Below are positions 43,233 to 53,308 of a DNA stretch of 64,000 nucleotides, in pieces; position 1 is the stretch's first letter, and every line of letters starts with the position of its first letter. Position numbers and translations under genes: made by a program. Source of the DNA: a bacterium (GTDB lineage: Bacteria; UBA8248). A model generated the notes under the pieces. It ran no database searches and was not told the origin of the DNA. It was given only the letters and a program-made list of their open reading frames with translations. Location: assembly GCA_965204535.1 (NCBI GenBank), contig CBDBEV010000001.1:1248001-1312000 (forward strand), given 5' to 3'.

Positions 43233-43282
43233 TGCGTCCTTTCGTGCCGTTCATGCGGCATCAGGTCTGGAAAAGATAAAGA

Positions 43283-44116
43283 ATGTCGGAAAAGAAGATA
43301 GTAAAAATCGGGGATGTGGCCTTCGGCGAGCCGGGAGCGATATGCGTCATCGCAGGGCCTTGTGTGATCGAAAGTGAGGAATTAACCAGGCAATGCGCTG
43401 AAAAAGTCAAAGAAGCGACAGAAAAATGCGGTATCGGTGGAGTTTTCAAGGCTTCTTATGACAAAGCGAATCGCAGTTCAGGAAAATCACCACGCGGACC
43501 CGGCATCGAGAAGGGTTTGAAAATACTCGACATGGTGAAACGCGAGACAGGGCTTCCGGTGATGTCGGACGTTCATAGTCCCGAAGAAGCCGAGAGCGCA
43601 GCACATGTGCTGGACGCGCTTCAAATTCCCGCTTTCTTATGTCGCCAGACGGACCTCCTGCATGCCGCGGGAAGAACCGGGAAGCCCGTGAATGTCAAAA
43701 AAGGGCAGTTCATGGCTCCCGAGGACATGAAAAACGTCGTGGGAAAGCTCGAGGAAGTGGGTTGCCGGCAAATACTTCTTACCGAAAGGGGAACCAGCTT
43801 CGGCTACCACAACCTGGTTTCGGACATGCGTTCGCTCGTGAAGATGCGCGAATCGGGATATCCCGTCGTTTTCGATGCGACGCACAGCGTTCAGTCGCCG
43901 GGGGGACTCGGGGAAAGTTCGGGAGGGGACAGGAGCATGGTTCCTCATCTCTCTCGCGCCGCCGCCGCCGTGGGCGTCGACGCATTTTTCATCGAATGTC
44001 ACCCGAGGCCGGATGAGGCATTATCCGATGGCCCCAATATGATGGATATCGAGGCTCTCCATCCTCTTCTCATCTCTTTGCACGCAATAGATTCTGCGCG
44101 TCTCGGCGCGCAATAA
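43283..44116 (+). CDS. kdsA: 3-deoxy-8-phosphooctulonate synthase
   Basis: AGPCVIES, KANRSS, QIPAFLCRQTDL, FDATHSVQ. Confidence 0.97.
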   Translation: MSEKKIVKIGDVAFGEPGAICVIAGPCVIESEELTRQCAEKVKEATEKCGIGGVFKASYDKANRSSGKSPRGPGIEKGLKILDMVKRETGLPVMSDVHSPEEAESAAHVLDALQIPAFLCRQTDLLHAAGRTGKPVNVKKGQFMAPEDMKNVVGKLEEVGCRQILLTERGTSFGYHNLVSDMRSLVKMRESGYPVVFDATHSVQSPGGLGESSGGDRSMVPHLSRAAAAVGVDAFFIECHPRPDEALSDGPNMMDIEALHPLLISLHAIDSARLGAQ

Positions 44117-44381
44117 TATTTCAAGAAGTTTGTTCACCATTGCATCATCGGTTTCACTCCTCTTCTTTTCGTTCTGGACTCTGGATCATTCTGGCCGCAG
44201 TGCACTCGGGTCACTGAATTATCAATGGTGGCTGAGGTCGGGAAATTTCAAGTTTTCTTGTGATGGCGGGCCCGGAATTTGGCGTAAAATATGGATTGGT
44301 GCAACTTTTGAACATTTTGGTAAGATATGAGTCATATGGGTTGATTGAAACTTTTCGATCGCGATTTCATGAGAAGAACCC

Positions 44382-46124
44382 GTGCAACATCAACGACTCT
44401 ATGTCAGGCCCCGGTCGAATCTCTCTTTCATAGGCACGAATGTGCGCTTGGAAGGCTCACTGCTCTTTGCAGGTAAAGTTTTCATGGAGGGCGAGTTCAA
44501 GGGAAAACTCCATGGCGACGGGCATCTCGAGATTGCGGAGGCGGGAAAAGCCGAGGGCGAGATCCATACGGATGAACTAGTGAATCACGGCCGTACCAAA
44601 GGTTCTATATTTGTGGCGGATCGTGTTGAACTCAAGGCAGGATGTTCTCACGAAGGGAATGTGACGGCTCCCAAAATACATATAGATCCGGAAGCTAAGT
44701 TCGATGGCAGAATGATCATGCCTGATGTTGTTCCGACGCCGGCGCCCAAGCCGATAGTTTCGAAAAGGCGCCTGCAAATTGCGGCGGGTTTGGTGCTGTT
44801 TCTGGCCGCTGGTGTTGCCACCACGGCGATTTCCCGTGAGTCTCCGGATTACTTGCGCAATATCTGGAAACGCCTCGACGCGATTTGGGAGGCGAGAGTA
44901 GGTGAATGGCTGGAGTCCGGCGAGTCGAAAAACCCGAAAATTAAGCTCGAAGAACAACAGAGAAGATACATTGCGGAAGCGGCTCGGCACGAAAGTAAAG
45001 GAGAATTCGATAAAGCTGTAGCCAGTCTGAGAAAAGCTTTGAAGTTCAAGGGAAGCCGCCAGAATGTCACCAGGTACCGCTTGGCGAAAATTCTGGCGCA
45101 GCAAAATCATACCGCGGAGGCCATACGTGAAATTCAATCTTTGCTCCAACGCACTCCGAGGCATATCGAGGGAATGATCTTGCTTGGCGATCTGTATGTT
45201 CGCAGTGGGCAACTCTCAAAGGCGCTGGAAATATACAGAGAAGCTTATCTGCGTGAACCCGAGGACATTGTTCTGAAAAGAAGGCTTCAGATTGTTGAGT
45301 CGCGTGTCAGATCGGTACGGCCCGAACCGGCTGAACCTGCGCAAGAGGCTTTGGACCCGACCCAGGTTTTAATCAATGCAGAGCGCTTCATCTCCGGAAA
45401 AGAGCCGGCGAGGGCTGTAGACCTGCTCAGAGGCGCCATCGAAAAAACACCGGATAATGCGAGGTTCCATTTCTTGCTGGGCGCCGCCCTGGTTCAAATG
45501 AACCGTAGGGACGAAGCAATACGCGTTTATGAGAAAGTTGTTTCTTTATCGCCCGATTGGCTGGATGGATATATACGTCTGGGCGCTCTTTTGGCATCCA
45601 AGGGTCGAGACAAGGATGCGATCGCGCTTTATGAAAAAGCGGGCCAACTGGACTTGAACAACATCGAGATGAAAATCCGCATCGCCAATCTTCACAAATC
45701 GAGGAAGCGGAAAAAAATCGCCCATAAAATACTTCTGGATTTGTTGGAGAAAAATCCCCGTTCGTCTCGCGTTTTGGTGGAACTTGGTATTTTCCTTTGG
45801 GAAACCGGGAAGCCTGAAGAATCGAAGAAGGTGTTCATGCAAGTGCTTGAAATAGATAAGAATTCAGCGCCGGCGTTGAATCGGTTGGCGTGGTTTCACA
45901 GGAAGGATAAGGAAAGTTTGGTTCACGCGATCAAGCTTTCGAAACGCTCGCTGGAACTCCAGCCCGATACGCCGGCGTATCTCGATACACTGGCAGAGCT
46001 GTTTTATCGCAACGGAGAATCGGTGAAAGCGCTTCCGCTCATTCAAAGAGCGATTGAATTAGACCCCGGAAGTCGCTATTTTCGTCTGCAATTGGAAAAA
46101 TTCAAAAGAGCGAGCCGCAAATGA
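44382..46124 (+). CDS. Bactofilin domain - transmembrane helix - TPR repeat fusion protein
   Basis: Residues about 15-113 are a bactofilin beta-helix (FIGTNVRLEGSL...GKAEGEI...EAKFDGRMIM), then a Pro-rich linker, KRR plus one hydrophobic helix, then many TPRs (e.g. YLDTLAELFYRNG). Confidence 0.85.
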   Translation: MQHQRLYVRPRSNLSFIGTNVRLEGSLLFAGKVFMEGEFKGKLHGDGHLEIAEAGKAEGEIHTDELVNHGRTKGSIFVADRVELKAGCSHEGNVTAPKIHIDPEAKFDGRMIMPDVVPTPAPKPIVSKRRLQIAAGLVLFLAAGVATTAISRESPDYLRNIWKRLDAIWEARVGEWLESGESKNPKIKLEEQQRRYIAEAARHESKGEFDKAVASLRKALKFKGSRQNVTRYRLAKILAQQNHTAEAIREIQSLLQRTPRHIEGMILLGDLYVRSGQLSKALEIYREAYLREPEDIVLKRRLQIVESRVRSVRPEPAEPAQEALDPTQVLINAERFISGKEPARAVDLLRGAIEKTPDNARFHFLLGAALVQMNRRDEAIRVYEKVVSLSPDWLDGYIRLGALLASKGRDKDAIALYEKAGQLDLNNIEMKIRIANLHKSRKRKKIAHKILLDLLEKNPRSSRVLVELGIFLWETGKPEESKKVFMQVLEIDKNSAPALNRLAWFHRKDKESLVHAIKLSKRSLELQPDTPAYLDTLAELFYRNGESVKALPLIQRAIELDPGSRYFRLQLEKFKRASRK

Positions 46125-46317
46125 TGCCCGAAAACGATCGGATGAATGTATATACTCGCCGCACCTTCATGGGGTTGAGCAACCGAGCACTTGTTTGACC
46201 ATGAGTAAACTTGTTGTATGAGATGGTTGGAAATAAATGATATGAAAGGGTTGTAAAGAGTGATTCGCCCCGTCTGGTTGGTCAGTAGTCGCCACTCTTA
46301 ATTTGGAGGGCTGGGAA

Positions 46318-47151
46318 ATGGGTATCCTGACAATTTCGAGAGAGCTTGGAAGCGGTGGTGACGCTATTGGGAAGAAAGTGGCTCAAGAGTTGGGGTGGGC
46401 CCTTTTGGACAACGACGGATTTGCGGATGCGGCGCAGTCATATGGTTATGTTCGAGCCGAACTCGAACAAGTGGATGAGAGGAAGCCCGGTCTGATAGAC
46501 CGCTTTTTCCGGGACAGGCAACTGGTGTATCTCGATATCATGCGCGCCATCGTTTATGAATCGGCCTTGAAAAATAATTTCGTCATACTGGGCCGCGGCT
46601 CCCATATCCTCCTTGAAGGAATCGAGGGCGTTTTCCGGGTGCGCATCGTGGCGCCTAGAGATTATCGCCAACGGACACTGGTGAAGAACGAGGGGATTAC
46701 CCCATCCATGGCGGAGCAGTTCATACGCCACAACGATGATGAAAGAATGGCCTATACGCGACATTTTTTCGATGTCAGGTGGGGAGAGCCGAGCCACTTC
46801 GATATGATATTGAACACCGGGTTGTTCAGTGAAGATATGTCAGTGCGTTTGCTGGTGAACATATTGAAAAGTGAAAAGTTTTCCCAATTCGAACCATCGG
46901 AATCTCAAAAGCTCCAGAATCTGGCTTTTGCGCAAAAGATCAAGGCAACAATCATGACGGATGAGCGAATCGATGCGAGCGGCATTGTCGTTGAGTGTCT
47001 CGGACCCGGAGAACTATTCTTGCACGGGCGCGTCAACAGCGATGAAGAAAAAGAATTGGCCGAATCAATTGCCAAAGAATACAGTGGAGTCGTCGAGTTG
47101 AGCAGCGAGTTGGTCGTGATGCCGCCTATCGAAGGATGGTATCCGGTATGA
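46318..47151 (+). CDS. Cytidylate kinase-like family protein with C-terminal BON domain
   Basis: LTISRELGSGG, VILGRG, FDMILNT; C-terminal BON-like KIKATIMTDERIDA..I.V....GELFLHGRVNSDEEKELAESIA. Confidence 0.85.
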   Translation: MGILTISRELGSGGDAIGKKVAQELGWALLDNDGFADAAQSYGYVRAELEQVDERKPGLIDRFFRDRQLVYLDIMRAIVYESALKNNFVILGRGSHILLEGIEGVFRVRIVAPRDYRQRTLVKNEGITPSMAEQFIRHNDDERMAYTRHFFDVRWGEPSHFDMILNTGLFSEDMSVRLLVNILKSEKFSQFEPSESQKLQNLAFAQKIKATIMTDERIDASGIVVECLGPGELFLHGRVNSDEEKELAESIAKEYSGVVELSSELVVMPPIEGWYPV

Positions 47152-47780
47152 ACGAGATGCGTGAGCGGAAAATCAAATCGCCGGGTGCAAGGCGCCTTGC
47201 GTTACGCATGGTGTTTATCGGCGGTTTGATGACGGTGCTTTCCGGTTGCAGCCTGGTGGTGTTGCAAGCCGATTACCAGGAGGATAAAGCGCAAAACAAA
47301 AAGGAAGTCGAGTCGATCCGCGGCCAACTTCTCGCTCACACGCAAATTTTGGCGAATCATGGGAAGTCATTGAACGAGTTCAAATTGCAGCTTCGAGATA
47401 CGGTGTCGAATGTTGAGAAAGCGGTGAAGGAATTGAAGGCGAAGCCCAAGATGTCGGTGGTTTCTCCAAAGCCGGAGCGCAAAAAAGAATCCGCTGTGAA
47501 ACCTGCCAGTCAGAGCGGAACCTATGTGGGCACCAGATACATCCGCCGTACATATCGGGGGTTCTCGTTGAGTTATGCAGGAGGCTATGATGAGCCGCGC
47601 GGCTCCCGTTATCGCTACAGACTCAAACCGGGAACACGCGTAGCTGTTATTTCCGGGGACCGGCGTGGTTTCACGCGAGTGGAGGTCAGTTCGGGCCGCT
47701 GGTCTGGAAAAAAAATGTGGGTACGCACCCGCTGGCTCACGAAGCAGGCCCCGAAGCGCGCAAAGGGCGGTAAAAGTTAA
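47148..47780 (+). CDS. Putative lipoprotein with coiled coil and C-terminal SH3-like domain
   Basis: Lipobox VLSGC, heptad region, LKPGTRVAVI...RVEV...GKKMWV; ATGA overlap with the previous gene. Confidence 0.7.
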   Translation: MNEMRERKIKSPGARRLALRMVFIGGLMTVLSGCSLVVLQADYQEDKAQNKKEVESIRGQLLAHTQILANHGKSLNEFKLQLRDTVSNVEKAVKELKAKPKMSVVSPKPERKKESAVKPASQSGTYVGTRYIRRTYRGFSLSYAGGYDEPRGSRYRYRLKPGTRVAVISGDRRGFTRVEVSSGRWSGKKMWVRTRWLTKQAPKRAKGGKS

Positions 47781-47782
47781 CG

Positions 47783-48958
47783 CTATAGTTTTTTGAGTCC
47801 CTCGCCGAGGTCGTCTCTCAACACCTCGAAATCTTCGAGTCCCACCGAATATCGAACCAGTCCGGCTGGAACGCCCCGATTCTCCGCGCCTTGTATCCCG
47901 ATGTCCGCATACGCCATCTTTACGTGATGCTCCACCTGGCTCTCCGTGCCGCCGAATCCGGGCGCGAGCACGGGAATTTGAAGAGCGTTCACCAACTCGT
48001 CGGCTTTTTCGTGATTGCCATCAAGCTCAAAGCTGATTATTCCACCGAACGCCGACATATATTTTTGGGCTCTGCGATGATCCGGGTGGGACTCCAGACC
48101 GGGGTAATGAACACGGGAAACCCCGGGGTGGCCCGCGATAAATTCGGCCAGCTTGAGAGCCGTGTCGCTGATGCGCCGAACGCGCAATTCGAGCGTTTTG
48201 AGTCCCCGCTCCACGAGGAACGCCTCCTGTGGCCCGAGAATGGAGCCCAGCAATGCTTGTTGTTCGCGCAGCGCGGCGATGATGTCCAGACTCCCCGAAA
48301 CTGCGCCTGCTACGACATCGTTGTGGCCGCCGATATACTTCGTCGCGCTTTGAACCGCCAAATCGGCTCCGTGCTCCAACGGGCGAAACAAGGCGGGAGA
48401 TGCGATGGTCGAGTCCACGACGAACCTGGCTCCTCTGTTTTGAGCCCATTCAGCCATTTTCTCGATATCCGGTATGCGGAGCATGGGGTTGGAGGGAATC
48501 TCCGCGAACAACACGCGCACCGGCCCCTCCGGGAGGGCTTCGAGGGATTCCGCTGTATTCTCCACCGGAATATCGACGCGTACCCCGTAGCGGGTGAGGA
48601 GGCCCTCTGCGATGTCCCTCGTATGTCTGTAGCTCTCCTGGGGGATGACGATTCGCGCATTCGGCGCCAGGAGCGAGAGGAATACCGAAGAGACGGCCGC
48701 CATGCCGCTGGCGTAAAGTAGGGAGGCTTCCGCGCCTTCTTGGAGCGCGAGCCTGCGCTCGGCGGCCTCGTTCGTCGGATTGCCGTATCGCGTATAGAAA
48801 AACGCGTCCGTCTCGCTGTTGTGGAAAGCTTCCAGATCGTCAGAGCTGTCGAAGGTGAACGTCGCAGTCTGGAAGATAGGCGGTGCAAGCGACTTCTTCG
48901 TCTGTTTTCGCTCGTCTCTTCTCATGTTTTTCGACAATGAACTCAACTCCTGTTTCAT
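47783..48958 (-). CDS. metB: Cys/Met metabolism PLP enzyme (cystathionine gamma-synthase-like)
   Basis: PPIFQTATF, YTRYGNPT, ASGMAA, SATKYIGGHND, RYSVGLED. Confidence 0.85.
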   Translation of the reverse strand: MKQELSSLSKNMRRDERKQTKKSLAPPIFQTATFTFDSSDDLEAFHNSETDAFFYTRYGNPTNEAAERRLALQEGAEASLLYASGMAAVSSVFLSLLAPNARIVIPQESYRHTRDIAEGLLTRYGVRVDIPVENTAESLEALPEGPVRVLFAEIPSNPMLRIPDIEKMAEWAQNRGARFVVDSTIASPALFRPLEHGADLAVQSATKYIGGHNDVVAGAVSGSLDIIAALREQQALLGSILGPQEAFLVERGLKTLELRVRRISDTALKLAEFIAGHPGVSRVHYPGLESHPDHRRAQKYMSAFGGIISFELDGNHEKADELVNALQIPVLAPGFGGTESQVEHHVKMAYADIGIQGAENRGVPAGLVRYSVGLEDFEVLRDDLGEGLKKL

Positions 48959-48991
48959 CGGCAGAGCGAAACAATGAACATCGAACGAACG

Positions 48992-50335
48992 CTAGCTTAC
49001 GGACAATGCGCCGAGTCTCTTTTCGATGGCGTCTCGAACCATGTCGATGTCTTCAGGAAGCTCGATGGGAGTATTGGCGAAACGGCTGTCGACGCCCGGA
49101 ATCGCTTTTTGATGATAATTGACTTTGAATTCGGTGAATTTCAGCCCATGAGCCGTAGAGATGACGACCACCCGGTCTTGAGGGTTGATTTCTCCGCGCG
49201 CGATTATTTTTTCAAGAGCGGCCAGGGCCACGCCGGTCTGGGGACAGTTGTACATTCCGGTCCTGTCCGCGCGCGCGGCGGCGTTCGCCAATTCCTCCTC
49301 GCTCGCCTGCTCCACGGAGCCTTCGAATGCTTTCAGGGTCCTTATGGCTCTCTCGATGCTCACCGGATTTCCGATTTGGATGGCCGTCGCCAACGTCGGT
49401 TCGGCCTCGATGGGGTGGAATTCCTGGAAGCCCGTCATGAAACTTCGGTACAGAGGGTTGGCCTTTTCCGTCTGGGCGCAAACGATACGGGGCAGTTTGT
49501 CGATGAGTCCCAAATCGCGCATCTGCATGAAACCCTTGCCCAGTGCGCTCACGTTTCCCAGGTTGCCGCCGGGAATGATGATTAAGTCGGGAACCTCCCA
49601 ATCGAACTGCTGAACGAGTTCTATGCTGATGGTTTTTTGTCCCTCTATCCGAAGCGAATTCATGCTGTTGGCGAGGTATATCCCCTGTTCTTCGCACACC
49701 TGTCTTACGATCCGCATGCAGCCGTCGAAATCCGTGTCGATGGCGAGCACCATGGCGCCGTTCGTGATGGGTTGAATGAGTTGCGCAATGGATACTTTCT
49801 CTCGAGGCAGAAAGACGATAGCCGGGATATCGGCCGCAGCAGCGTACGCAGCCAACGCGGCGGAAGTATCACCCGTCGATGCGCAGGCGACGGCACGGAG
49901 TTTTTTCCCGTCGGCTATCATCTGCTGGGCGGCGGACACAAGAACCGTCATGCCGAGGTCCTTGAAGGAACCGGTGTGACTGTTTCCGCATTGCTTGATC
50001 CACAACTCGGCGATTCCGAGTTCGCGCCCCAGGCGATTCGCCCAGAAAAGGTTCGTCCCCCCTTCATAGAACGAGATGATGTTTTCATCGTCTATCAGGG
50101 GGCAAACCCACTCTTTCTTGCCCCACACACCGCTGCCGTACGGCCATATGTTGCGCTGGTAGCGGTCGTCGAACAGATGGCGCCACTCCGACGCGCTTCG
50201 CATGCGCAGGGTTTCCAGGTCGTGCGTGACGTCGAGGAGGCTCTCACATTCGCGGCACTGATAAACGGAGTCGAAAATGGAGTACGTTGCCCCGCATTCG
50301 GGATTTATACATTGGAACCAGCAGTTGCAGTCCAT
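48992..50335 (-). CDS. thrC: Threonine synthase
   Basis: [39 protein letters not shown]. Confidence 0.95.
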   Translation of the reverse strand: MDCNCWFQCINPECGATYSIFDSVYQCRECESLLDVTHDLETLRMRSASEWRHLFDDRYQRNIWPYGSGVWGKKEWVCPLIDDENIISFYEGGTNLFWANRLGRELGIAELWIKQCGNSHTGSFKDLGMTVLVSAAQQMIADGKKLRAVACASTGDTSAALAAYAAAADIPAIVFLPREKVSIAQLIQPITNGAMVLAIDTDFDGCMRIVRQVCEEQGIYLANSMNSLRIEGQKTISIELVQQFDWEVPDLIIIPGGNLGNVSALGKGFMQMRDLGLIDKLPRIVCAQTEKANPLYRSFMTGFQEFHPIEAEPTLATAIQIGNPVSIERAIRTLKAFEGSVEQASEEELANAAARADRTGMYNCPQTGVALAALEKIIARGEINPQDRVVVISTAHGLKFTEFKVNYHQKAIPGVDSRFANTPIELPEDIDMVRDAIEKRLGALSVS

Positions 50336-50466
50336 CTCTTCACCAAAAGTAAAAGGCGAAGCCCGGCCTCGCCCGAAAGAAAAGGATTATTGCAGAGGCT
50401 TCTCCTGGTGGCAAATTCGCACGTTCATTTCACGGTATGGGGTTTTCGGATTCCGTTCATTCCGTG

Positions 50467-51720
50467 CTACGTCGTGGCCACTTGCGGGACGCGGACCTCT
50501 TTTTCGTTGATGAAAGAGACGAGCACGGCCGCCTGGAGACAAAGGTAGGCCGCCAGAGCGAACGCGAGGTTATAGCTGCCGGTGACGTCATAGATGTATC
50601 CGCTCAGCCAGGCGCTCAGGCCCGAGCCGAGCTGGTGGCTGAACGTGATGAGTCCGAAGAGAATCGCCACGTTTCTGGAGCCGAAGAAATCCCCCGTCAA
50701 CGCCGAAGTGAGCGGGACGGTCGCAATCCAGGAGAGGCCGATCATCATGGGCGTGGCCCAGACGGTGAAATCGTTCTTGAAGAAAATGAACAGGATGAAC
50801 CCGAGCCCCCGGAAGGCGTAGATCAGGCTCAAGGGGATTTTCCGTCCGATTTTGTCCGAAAGCGGGCCGACCGCCAGAACGCCCACGGTGTTCAGCCCGC
50901 CGCCCAGGGCGAAGGACGTGGCCGCGACGGCTGCGGAGAATCCGACGTCCGTCGCAAACGGCACCCAGTGGACGGAGACGACCGTTACGGTGAAACCGCA
51001 GGTGAAAAAGCTCGTGAGCAGGAGGACGAACGGCATCTTGGGAAGGCACTGCACCCAGTGCACATCGTAGGGGACGACCATCTTGACGCCGTTGCCGGAC
51101 GTGGATGCGCTCGGGGGGACGTCTTTGGACGAGGGAGCGTTTTTGACGAGTAAGATCGATATGGGCATCAGGGTGAACACGAAAATGACGCCGATGACGA
51201 ACGAGGTCATCCTCCAGTCCAGATAGCCGATCATATACGCGAAGACGGGAAGCAATATGAGCTGGCCCATGCTCGAGCCTGCGCTGATGATGGACATGCC
51301 CAGCCCCCGCCTGTCCGGGAACCAGTTCGACACCAGGGGGGTGAAGGCGGTCACGCTGTTGCCGATGCCTCCCATCCCCAGCAGGATGCCGAAGAACAGG
51401 TAGACGCCCCACAGGGAGTCGACATAGTAGATTCCCAGCATGGCCATAGTCGTTAATGCCGACCCCCAGATGATGACCGTCTTGGGGTCCCAGCGGCGCA
51501 TCATGAGCCCGCCCAACGGTTGGGACGCGCCGTAGAGAATCAGGCAAAGAGAAAAGGGGAGCGACAACGAGGCGCGGCTGATGTTGAAATCCGCGATCAT
51601 CGGCTTCAGGAAGAGACCGAATGAATTTCTGGTCGCCAGACCCAGGAACATCATGAAGAAACAGCCGGCGAGAATGTACCAGCCGTAATATATTTTCTTT
51701 GGGGAAGCGTTTGCGCTCAC
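50467..51720 (-). CDS. MFS transporter
   Basis: YYGWYI start region, WFPDRRGLG, LSDKIGRK, about 12 TM helices; GTG start after GAGGT. Confidence 0.9.
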   Translation of the reverse strand: MSANASPKKIYYGWYILAGCFFMMFLGLATRNSFGLFLKPMIADFNISRASLSLPFSLCLILYGASQPLGGLMMRRWDPKTVIIWGSALTTMAMLGIYYVDSLWGVYLFFGILLGMGGIGNSVTAFTPLVSNWFPDRRGLGMSIISAGSSMGQLILLPVFAYMIGYLDWRMTSFVIGVIFVFTLMPISILLVKNAPSSKDVPPSASTSGNGVKMVVPYDVHWVQCLPKMPFVLLLTSFFTCGFTVTVVSVHWVPFATDVGFSAAVAATSFALGGGLNTVGVLAVGPLSDKIGRKIPLSLIYAFRGLGFILFIFFKNDFTVWATPMMIGLSWIATVPLTSALTGDFFGSRNVAILFGLITFSHQLGSGLSAWLSGYIYDVTGSYNLAFALAAYLCLQAAVLVSFINEKEVRVPQVATT

Positions 51721-51889
51721 AGGTACCTCGATATCCGTAGGGTGTGGGTGGTTTGCATTTGCGCTAGAGTTTATAACATTCATGGATGAAAGACACGCTC
51801 CGGTGCGCATATACACGAAATGCGCCGCGGGGTCTTCATGCTTTTCGCTGCATGGCGGAGATATGGCCGAATAACGAGGAGGGTTTCCC

Positions 51890-53227
51890 TTGGAAGCGCC
51901 GAAATTCGTGGTTCCCCACCCCGGTCCCAAAACTCAGGCTGAGCTTGAACGCTTAAGGAAGGTGGAGAGCCGCGCCGCCCTCAGTTTCGGGATGAGTCCG
52001 GAGACCGTCGTGGTCGAGCGCGCGCAAGGGGCGGTGATCGAGGACGTCGACGGCAATTTTTTCCTGGATTTCGTCGCCGGCTTCGGTTCCCTGAACGCGG
52101 GTCATTGCCATCCCAAAGTCGTCTCGGCGTTGCGGCAACAGGCCGGAGAGGTCCACCAGGCCATGTCGCTGGGCTCAAAAGTGCGGAACGAACTTTTCGA
52201 CAAAGTTCTCTCTCTGCATTCCGGCGCGGCGCCCAAGAGCATGATTCTCGGCTCCTCGGGCAGCGAAGCCGCCGAGATCGCTCTCAAGATGGCCCGCCGG
52301 GCGACGGGTCGCGATGAGATTGTCGCCTTCACGGGCGCGTTCCACGGGAGGACTTTGGGGGCCGTGGCCCTGATGGGCAGAAAAAACCAAAGAGAGGGGC
52401 TGGGGACGCTGGTTCCGGGGGTTCATCACGTTCCCTATCCATACCCCTATCGAAACCCCTTCGGTGATGGCCCGGAGAAATGCGCCGAGGGGACGCTCCG
52501 CTACATCAACGAGTTTCTCGATAATCCCGTGAGCGGCTGGGGTGAGGTGGCGGCCGTCATCATCGAGCCGGTTCAGGGAAACGGCGGCATGATTCCGGCC
52601 CCCATCGGTTTTTTAAGCGGGCTTCGCGAGGCTTGCGACCGCCACGGAGTATTGCTCATCATCGACGAGGTGATGAGCGGGTTTTGCCGCACGGGAAAAA
52701 TGTTCGCCTACCAGTATGAAGAGGTCGAACCGGATCTGATCGTGATGGGAAAATCGATTTCGGGCGGGTTGCCCCTCGCCGCCTGCGTTGCGAAAAAAGA
52801 AATAGCCGACGCCTCGAATCCCGGGACCGAGAGCAGCACCTATGCGGGAAACGTCATGGCGTGCGCCGCCGGCCTGGCTTCCATCGAGGTATATGAGGAG
52901 GAGAACCTCGCCGAGCGCTCCCTGGAGACGGGCGCGTATTTCATGAGGAGGCTGGAAGAACTCTCCGAGCGCCATTCCATCGTCGGCGAGGTTCGCGGGC
53001 GCGGGCTGATGGTAGCGGCCGAGTTGGTTTCCGACCGGACGACGCGCGAGCCTTTGAGCGTCGCCAAGAAGGCGAGCGCCATGGCCCTGAAAAAGGGTCT
53101 TCTCATCTATCCGGGAGGACACCACGGGAACGTCCTGGCGTTTTTGCCTCCTCTGATTATCGACGAGCGCCAAGTCGATACGGCTGTCGGCATCGTGGAT
53201 GAGGTGTTGCTCGAACTGGATGAATAA
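51890..53227 (+). CDS. Class III aminotransferase (4-aminobutyrate aminotransferase-like)
   Basis: DVDGNFFLDF, SGSEA, FHGRT, IIEPVQG, DEVMSGFCRTG, GKSISGG. Confidence 0.92.
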   Translation: MEAPKFVVPHPGPKTQAELERLRKVESRAALSFGMSPETVVVERAQGAVIEDVDGNFFLDFVAGFGSLNAGHCHPKVVSALRQQAGEVHQAMSLGSKVRNELFDKVLSLHSGAAPKSMILGSSGSEAAEIALKMARRATGRDEIVAFTGAFHGRTLGAVALMGRKNQREGLGTLVPGVHHVPYPYPYRNPFGDGPEKCAEGTLRYINEFLDNPVSGWGEVAAVIIEPVQGNGGMIPAPIGFLSGLREACDRHGVLLIIDEVMSGFCRTGKMFAYQYEEVEPDLIVMGKSISGGLPLAACVAKKEIADASNPGTESSTYAGNVMACAAGLASIEVYEEENLAERSLETGAYFMRRLEELSERHSIVGEVRGRGLMVAAELVSDRTTREPLSVAKKASAMALKKGLLIYPGGHHGNVLAFLPPLIIDERQVDTAVGIVDEVLLELDE

Positions 53228-53308
53228 CGGCCTGGTACAGGGGGCGATACCAACGTACTACTTTGTGTTAAGATGCGCCCAGTGCTCCCGCCGCTTTTGA
53301 GGTATGGC

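Noticed and set aside
50336-50466. SAM riboswitch or T-box upstream of thrC-metB
   Set aside because: No SAM-I/II or T-box consensus is recognisable in the short spacer.
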